Positions 43,018 to 47,700 of a DNA stretch of 47,700 nt are shown piece by piece. The translations under genes were made by a program, and so were the position numbers. The stretch covers positions 1-47,700 of the forward strand of contig DAIUCR010000001.1 of NCBI GenBank assembly GCA_036846065.1, in the 5' to 3' direction. The DNA is from Patescibacteria group bacterium (GTDB lineage: Bacteria > Patescibacteriota > Minisyncoccia > Phycocordibacterales > UBA6899). The notes beneath the pieces were generated by a model. It searched no databases. It was given only the letters and a program-made list of their open reading frames with translations, and was not told where the DNA came from. Position 1 is the first letter of the stretch. The number at the start of each line of letters is the position of its first letter.

Positions 43018-43825
43018 TAAACGGAAACAAAAGAGGTTGCAGCTCCTCATCACTTTTTTCTTGCTCCTTTCTTTGCTTCTCGTATTAAAAACACCCGTAT
43101 CAAGCGTACTGGGTGAAGTATTTCACTTTGTGGGAACACCTTTTTGGAACGCGAGCTCGGGTATTGCAGGGTGGTTCCATGAACAAGGGTCACTCATCAC
43201 GTCAAAAAAAGCGCTCCTGAAAGAGAATGATGAATTAAGGGACATCATTGATCGCACGGCGCTTGATGCGTATTCTTACACATTACTCCGAGAGGAGAAC
43301 GACATGCTTAAGGAAAAGCTTGGTCGAACACCCGAGAAGGAGTTCTTGCTTGCTCGTGTTCTTGCGACTCCGGGGCAATCACCATTTGATACTCTTATTA
43401 TTGATGCGGGAAGTACTGAGGGGGTTGCTCTGGGAATGCGTATTTTTACTGACGGAGATTTTGTCATCGGTGAAGTGACGAGTGTGTTTGGCCACAGCTC
43501 TGTTGTGACGCTCTACTCAGCCCCAGGCTCAGAACTTCCTGTCATACTCGCATCGGATGGAACCCCTGCAACTCTTTTTGGAGAGGGTGGAGGAAATTTC
43601 CTTATTACACTACCTCGAGGGACTCTGATCTCTCCTGGAGACCTCGTGAATATTCCCGCACTTGCTCCAGAGTATGCTGCGGTCGTTGATGCGGTCGATC
43701 GCCCCGAAGGAGAATCACTCGCATATGTATATCTCAAATTGCCGATGAATATCTATCAATTAAAATGGGTATACGTTGCAAGTCCTCTCGTGTCACGAAA
43801 TGGAGTAGGAGAGAAAACTCAATAA
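42992..43825 (+). CDS. mreC: Rod shape-determining protein MreC
   Basis: N-terminal TM helix, a coiled-coil (LLKENDELRDII...LREENDMLKEKL) and beta-barrel domains. It sits after mreB and overlaps its 3' end. Confidence 0.8.
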   Translation: MITSFRHDNKRKQKRLQLLITFFLLLSLLLVLKTPVSSVLGEVFHFVGTPFWNASSGIAGWFHEQGSLITSKKALLKENDELRDIIDRTALDAYSYTLLREENDMLKEKLGRTPEKEFLLARVLATPGQSPFDTLIIDAGSTEGVALGMRIFTDGDFVIGEVTSVFGHSSVVTLYSAPGSELPVILASDGTPATLFGEGGGNFLITLPRGTLISPGDLVNIPALAPEYAAVVDAVDRPEGESLAYVYLKLPMNIYQLKWVYVASPLVSRNGVGEKTQ

Positions 43826-43834
43826 GATCATCAT

Positions 43835-44095
43835 ATGCGTATCTCTTTTGACATCCTTCTTGTTCTTTTGCTTCTTGTGGCACCATTCTTTATTACCGCC
43901 ACTCTTGCTTTTGTTGGGCTTATCTTTTTTCCTCGGTATGCGGAATTTGTTGCACTCGCACTTTTTGCAGAACTGACATATCGCGGAGGAGATATGCATG
44001 TTCTTGGAATGTTGATCCCGCTCACGATCGTTGCACTCCTTCTTTTTCTTTTTGCAGAATTTCTTAAAGCATTCATACGCACACGAATGATATGA
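43835..44095 (+). CDS. Small 3-TM membrane protein in the MreD position (mini MreD-like)
   Basis: 86 aa and highly hydrophobic. It lies between mreC and PBP2, with a 4-nt overlap with PBP2. It is much shorter than canonical MreD. Confidence 0.45.
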   Translation: MRISFDILLVLLLLVAPFFITATLAFVGLIFFPRYAEFVALALFAELTYRGGDMHVLGMLIPLTIVALLLFLFAEFLKAFIRTRMI

Positions 44096-45777
44096 GACAA
44101 AGGCGACGATATAGTCATAATGACATTGCACCCGATGAAATATTCATGGATGACCGGAATATTCCTGAGTTCGATGTACATCAATTTGAGGGTCGCATCG
44201 AGGCACCCATTAAAAAAAGCACCATTATCCTGTGGGGGAGTTTTTTTCTGCTCATTGGTGTCGTGTTCTTGTTTCGCGCAGGGGAACTTCAAATAAGAGA
44301 GGGCGCAGCGTATGCAGAGAAAAGTGAGCGCAATAGTCTTGAGCATCAGTGGCTTTTCCCTGAACGAGGAATAATCTATGACACCAATGGAGTTGAGCTT
44401 GCGTGGAATGTTCCATCGACTGAAGAGCTTGGTTTTTCACTCCGGTCATACATCAACAAGCCCGGTTTTGGTCATATTCTTGGATTCCTTCATTATCCGG
44501 CGCGGGACAAAAGTGGTGTGTACTATCGCAGTGACTATGAAGCTGATGTGGGTATCGAAGAGTATTACAACGATGTCCTGAAAGGAAAGAAGGGGAAACG
44601 TATCATCGAAACAGACGCACTTGGAAACGTTATGTCTGGTAATGTTATCGATCCTCCTGTGCCGGGGGAGAATCTCCGTCTTGCTATCGATTCTCGCGTA
44701 CAGAGCGCGTTTAATGATGTGATCGCGCGCATTTCTCATGAGCAAGGTTATCATGGTGGTGCGGGCGGGATCATGGATATCGACACAGGAGAGCTTCTTG
44801 CGCTTATATCATATCCTGATTTTGACCCAAACATCATGACTTCCGGTGATGATCGTAAGGCGATCGTTGCATACAACAATGACAAGCGCCACCCATTTCT
44901 TAATCGTGCGGTCTCGGGTGTATATACTCCCGGTTCCATCGTAAAACCCATCTTTGCGCTCGGTGCATTAAATGAGGGTATCATCACTCCAGAGACGCGA
45001 GTACTGAGTACGGGTTATATTGCGATTCCGAATCCATATTCTCCGGGAGATGAGACGCGTTTCAATGACTGGAAAGCGCACGGTTGGCTCGATATGCGCT
45101 CCGCGATCGCATGGTCTTCGAATGTATATTTCTATGAGATCGCTGGTGGATTCAAAGATCAGAAGGGATTGGGTATTCGTAATGTCGAAAAATATGCCCG
45201 CATGTTTGGATTCGGTACAACGACAGGAATTGATATTGAAGGTGAGGCTATTGGTACGATCCCAAATCCCGAATGGAAGGCAAAGAATTTTGGTGGTGAT
45301 CAGTGGCGTATCGGTGATACGTATTTTACCGGTATTGGTCAGTACGGTATGCAGGTGACACCACTACAAGCACTCCGTGAGGCGGGCATTATTGCGTCGA
45401 AGGGGCGCGTGGTAGATCCTCATCTGGTGAAGGGTGCGAATACTGTGTTCCATGAGCGGTTGCCAATCCCCGAATCATCATTCACTGTCATTCATCAGGG
45501 TATGCGGAAGGGTGTAACGGAGGGTACTGCAAATCTTCTTGATCTGCCGAGTGTGGCTATTGCCGCAAAGACGGGAACTGCTGAGCTCGGTGTTTCGAAA
45601 GCAAATGTAAACTCGTGGGTCATTGGATTTTTCCCATACGAAAAGCCGAGGTATGCATTTGTGGTGATCATGGATCATGGAACAAAAGGAAATACGACAA
45701 ATGCGAGTTATGTTGCACGGGAATTGTTCACATGGATGACTCAGGAAACGCCCGAATATCTTGAAAACAAGCCATAA
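44092..45777 (+). CDS. mrdA: Penicillin-binding protein 2 (elongasome transpeptidase)
   Basis: N-terminal TM helix. Transpeptidase motifs SxxK (GSIVKP), SxN (WSSN) and KTG (KTGTAE). Confidence 0.9.
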   Translation: MRQRRRYSHNDIAPDEIFMDDRNIPEFDVHQFEGRIEAPIKKSTIILWGSFFLLIGVVFLFRAGELQIREGAAYAEKSERNSLEHQWLFPERGIIYDTNGVELAWNVPSTEELGFSLRSYINKPGFGHILGFLHYPARDKSGVYYRSDYEADVGIEEYYNDVLKGKKGKRIIETDALGNVMSGNVIDPPVPGENLRLAIDSRVQSAFNDVIARISHEQGYHGGAGGIMDIDTGELLALISYPDFDPNIMTSGDDRKAIVAYNNDKRHPFLNRAVSGVYTPGSIVKPIFALGALNEGIITPETRVLSTGYIAIPNPYSPGDETRFNDWKAHGWLDMRSAIAWSSNVYFYEIAGGFKDQKGLGIRNVEKYARMFGFGTTTGIDIEGEAIGTIPNPEWKAKNFGGDQWRIGDTYFTGIGQYGMQVTPLQALREAGIIASKGRVVDPHLVKGANTVFHERLPIPESSFTVIHQGMRKGVTEGTANLLDLPSVAIAAKTGTAELGVSKANVNSWVIGFFPYEKPRYAFVVIMDHGTKGNTTNASYVARELFTWMTQETPEYLENKP

Positions 45778-45797
45778 TAAGCAGGATGCATTGTTCG

Positions 45798-45826
45798 TTG
45801 CCCATACTATCAAAACGTGATATATT
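45798..45826 (+). promoter_or_regulatory. Promoter abutting greA start (TTGCCC-17-TATATT, 9 nt to ATG 45836)
   Basis: -35 at 45798-45803 and -10 at 45821-45826, with no SD. Confidence 0.5.
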
Positions 45827-45835
45827 GGAACCCTT

Positions 45836-46300
45836 ATGGATACAACAAAGGAATATTTAAGCCGGGAAAAACACAATGAACTTAAGGAGGAGTTGGATTT
45901 TTTAATGCATGTGCGCCGCAAGGAAATAGCAGAAGCACTTGAGGCTGCAAAGGCGTTGGGCGACCTTTCAGAGAATGCAGAATATCATTCTGCGCGTGAA
46001 GCACAGGCGGGTGTTGAAGAGCGCATTATGATCATTGAGGAGATCCTCAAGAATGCGGTTATCGTTGGAAGTAAGCACAAAACTGATGTTGTTGATATTG
46101 GTTCTGTTGTTACCGTGAAGCGCGGAAAAGAAACAAAGACCTATACGATCGTCGGAAGCGAAGAAGCAGATGTGCTTGCCGGAAAGATCTCAAACAAATC
46201 ACCGCTCGGTGAGGCAATGATGGGAAAGAAGAAGGGAGATGAACTTACTTGTGTCACTCCGAAGGGCGAGGAGCATTGTCAGATCCTTGAGATAAAATAA
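45836..46300 (+). CDS. greA: Transcription elongation factor GreA
   Basis: Coiled-coil N-terminal domain with GDLSENAEYHSAREAQ, and a C-terminal FKBP-like domain with SNKSPLGEAMMGKKKGDE. Confidence 0.9.
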   Translation: MDTTKEYLSREKHNELKEELDFLMHVRRKEIAEALEAAKALGDLSENAEYHSAREAQAGVEERIMIIEEILKNAVIVGSKHKTDVVDIGSVVTVKRGKETKTYTIVGSEEADVLAGKISNKSPLGEAMMGKKKGDELTCVTPKGEEHCQILEIK

Positions 46301-46312
46301 TTTTTCTATCTC

Positions 46313-47700
46313 ATGGCCTCGATCGAAGAGATTAAAACAGAGCGCCTCCGGAAATTGGAGCAGTTGAAAGCTGCGGGGAGGGAACCATATCCAAGCAAAG
46401 TTACGCGAGATCACTCTCTTGCGGATATTCGTGCACAATTCAAGGAACTTGAATCAGCGAAGAAACCTCTTTCGGTTGTCGGTCGTGTTATGGCAATACG
46501 TGGACAGGGTGCAATTCAGTTTGTCGTACTCAATGACGGAACGGGTACTTTTCAGGCCGTCCTCAAGAAAGACACACTCGGTGAAGAAGAAATGAAATTC
46601 TTTGGTGAGACGGTCGATATTGGTGATTTCATCGGTCTCTCTGGTGAGCTTTTCATCACTCAGCGTGGTGAGGAGAGTATTCTTGTCACATCATGGACAA
46701 TGGCGGCGAAGTCTCTTCGCCCACTCCCAGAGAAGTGGCATGGTCTTCAAGATCCTGACGAGAAATTCCGCCAGCGCTATTTGGATATTTTGTTTGATGA
46801 TGAACTCCGCGATCTTTTTGTGAAGCGCTCAAAGTTTTGGAACGCCATTCGTTCATTCTTGCTCAAGGAGGGTTTCCTTGAAGTTGAAACGCCCGTCATT
46901 GAAAATACTACTGGTGGTGCTGATGCGCGCCCATTCAAAACGCACCACAATGCGCTTGATCTCGATGTATTCCTTCGCATCTCCTGTGGAGAGTTGTGGC
47001 AGAAGCGACTCATGGTTGCGGGATACAATAAAGTCTTTGAGATCGGTCGTATTTTCCGTAACGAGGGAATGTCTCCCGAGCATGCGCAGGACTACACACA
47101 GCTCGAATTGTATTGGGCATATGCAAATTACGAAGACGGAATGATCTTGGTGGAGAATCTCTATAAGCATGTTGCGCAAGAGACATTCGGAACACTGAAG
47201 TTCACTATCGGAAAATTCGAAGTTGACCTCGGAGGAACGTGGGAGCGTTATGATTATGGTGAGACCATCAAAAAATTCACTGATGTTGATATCAATACTG
47301 CGACACTCGAAGAAATAGAGGCAGCACTCAAGCGTCTTGCGGTTGAGTATGATAAGAAGGGATGGAACCGTATCCGCGCAACCGACACACTCTGGAAGTA
47401 TTGTCGCAAAAAGTTGGGTGGCCCAGGATTCCTTATCAATGTTCCCGTGGAAATGTCTCCGCTCGCAAAGCTTTCTCCGAGGGGGAGTGTTGTTGAGCAA
47501 TTCCAGCCGATCATCGCAGGAAGCGAAGTTGGGAAGGGGTACAGTGAATTGAATGATCCTATCGATCAAGCAGAGCGCTTCCAGGCACAGCAAGATATGC
47601 GTGATGCGGGTGACGAAGAAGCACAAATGTTCGATCATGATTTTGTTGAAGCTCTTGAGCACGGCATGCCACCAACGTGTGGTTTTGGAACATCGGAGCG
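46313..47700 (+). CDS. lysS: Lysyl-tRNA synthetase, class II (3' end outside window)
   Basis: The frame is open from ATG 46313 to the window end. It has an OB-fold N-domain, QRYLD, motif 2 (FEIGRIFRNEGMSPEHAQDYTQLE) and GFGTSE at the window edge. Confidence 0.9.
   Translation, partial: MASIEEIKTERLRKLEQLKAAGREPYPSKVTRDHSLADIRAQFKELESAKKPLSVVGRVMAIRGQGAIQFVVLNDGTGTFQAVLKKDTLGEEEMKFFGETVDIGDFIGLSGELFITQRGEESILVTSWTMAAKSLRPLPEKWHGLQDPDEKFRQRYLDILFDDELRDLFVKRSKFWNAIRSFLLKEGFLEVETPVIENTTGGADARPFKTHHNALDLDVFLRISCGELWQKRLMVAGYNKVFEIGRIFRNEGMSPEHAQDYTQLELYWAYANYEDGMILVENLYKHVAQETFGTLKFTIGKFEVDLGGTWERYDYGETIKKFTDVDINTATLEEIEAALKRLAVEYDKKGWNRIRATDTLWKYCRKKLGGPGFLINVPVEMSPLAKLSPRGSVVEQFQPIIAGSEVGKGYSELNDPIDQAERFQAQQDMRDAGDEEAQMFDHDFVEALEHGMPPTCGFGTSE

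Noticed and set aside
46853-47662. 269-aa ORF antisense to lysS
   Set aside because: The plus strand carries unambiguous class II LysRS motifs, so the antisense ORF is a shadow frame.
1-47700. CRISPR arrays, tandem or dispersed repeats, IS elements, and retron/DGR components
   Set aside because: Visual scanning found no regularly spaced direct repeats, no transposase, integrase or reverse transcriptase-like ORFs (no YxDD motif protein), and no template/variable repeat pair. A by-eye search cannot exclude short or diverged repeats.

Overview
This is a 47.7-kb stretch of a compact, moderately AT-rich bacterial chromosome. I count about 55 protein genes and one tRNA. I saw no rRNA, CRISPR array, transposase, integrase or reverse transcriptase.

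Most content is housekeeping:
- Fe-S and translation/RNA: the tail of a suf operon (sufC fragment plus a DUF59 gene), engB, gmk, a RumA/TrmA-type RNA methyltransferase, prmC, tRNA-Arg(CCG), hpf, frr, proS, greA and lysS (3' end outside the window).
- Replication and envelope: priA-def-fmt, murA, holB-like delta', rseP, and two mreB copies, one heading an mreB-mreC-(mini mreD-like)-PBP2 operon.
- Accessory-looking loci: a five-gene HlyD/MacB-type ABC exporter locus and a rich set of extracytoplasmic thiol-redox genes. These are a DsbA-like protein, a VKOR-type Trx-like protein next to DsbB/BdbC, and a Trx-like protein followed by a cysteine-free multi-pass membrane protein and a cupredoxin-like protein.

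Several features suggest, as inference only, a Candidate Phyla Radiation/Patescibacteria-type genome:
- minimal enzyme versions (ProRS without an editing domain, PriA with degenerate ATPase motifs, a short delta');
- two membrane-anchored cyclophilins;
- a giant Pro-rich surface protein ending in a pilin-like head.

The best candidates for undescribed biology are:
1. An insulated block of three SD-led orphan genes (3141-7486): a 950-aa protein with a metallophosphoesterase-like motif ladder, a stand-alone ClpP-family protease and a 202-aa unknown.
2. The Trx-like / Cys-free CcdA-like / cupredoxin-like trio (7630-9593).
3. A fusion of an archaeal-type adenylate-kinase-like domain with a nucleoside 2-deoxyribosyltransferase-like domain (12179-13225), divergent from a REC-REC-EVE operon.
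4. A window-wide pattern of about 20 transcription-unit heads where a -10 box sits 6-12 nt before the ATG with no Shine-Dalgarno, implying leaderless mRNAs. The orphan genes instead have canonical SD sites.

All functional calls come from motif recognition by eye. No database search was run.
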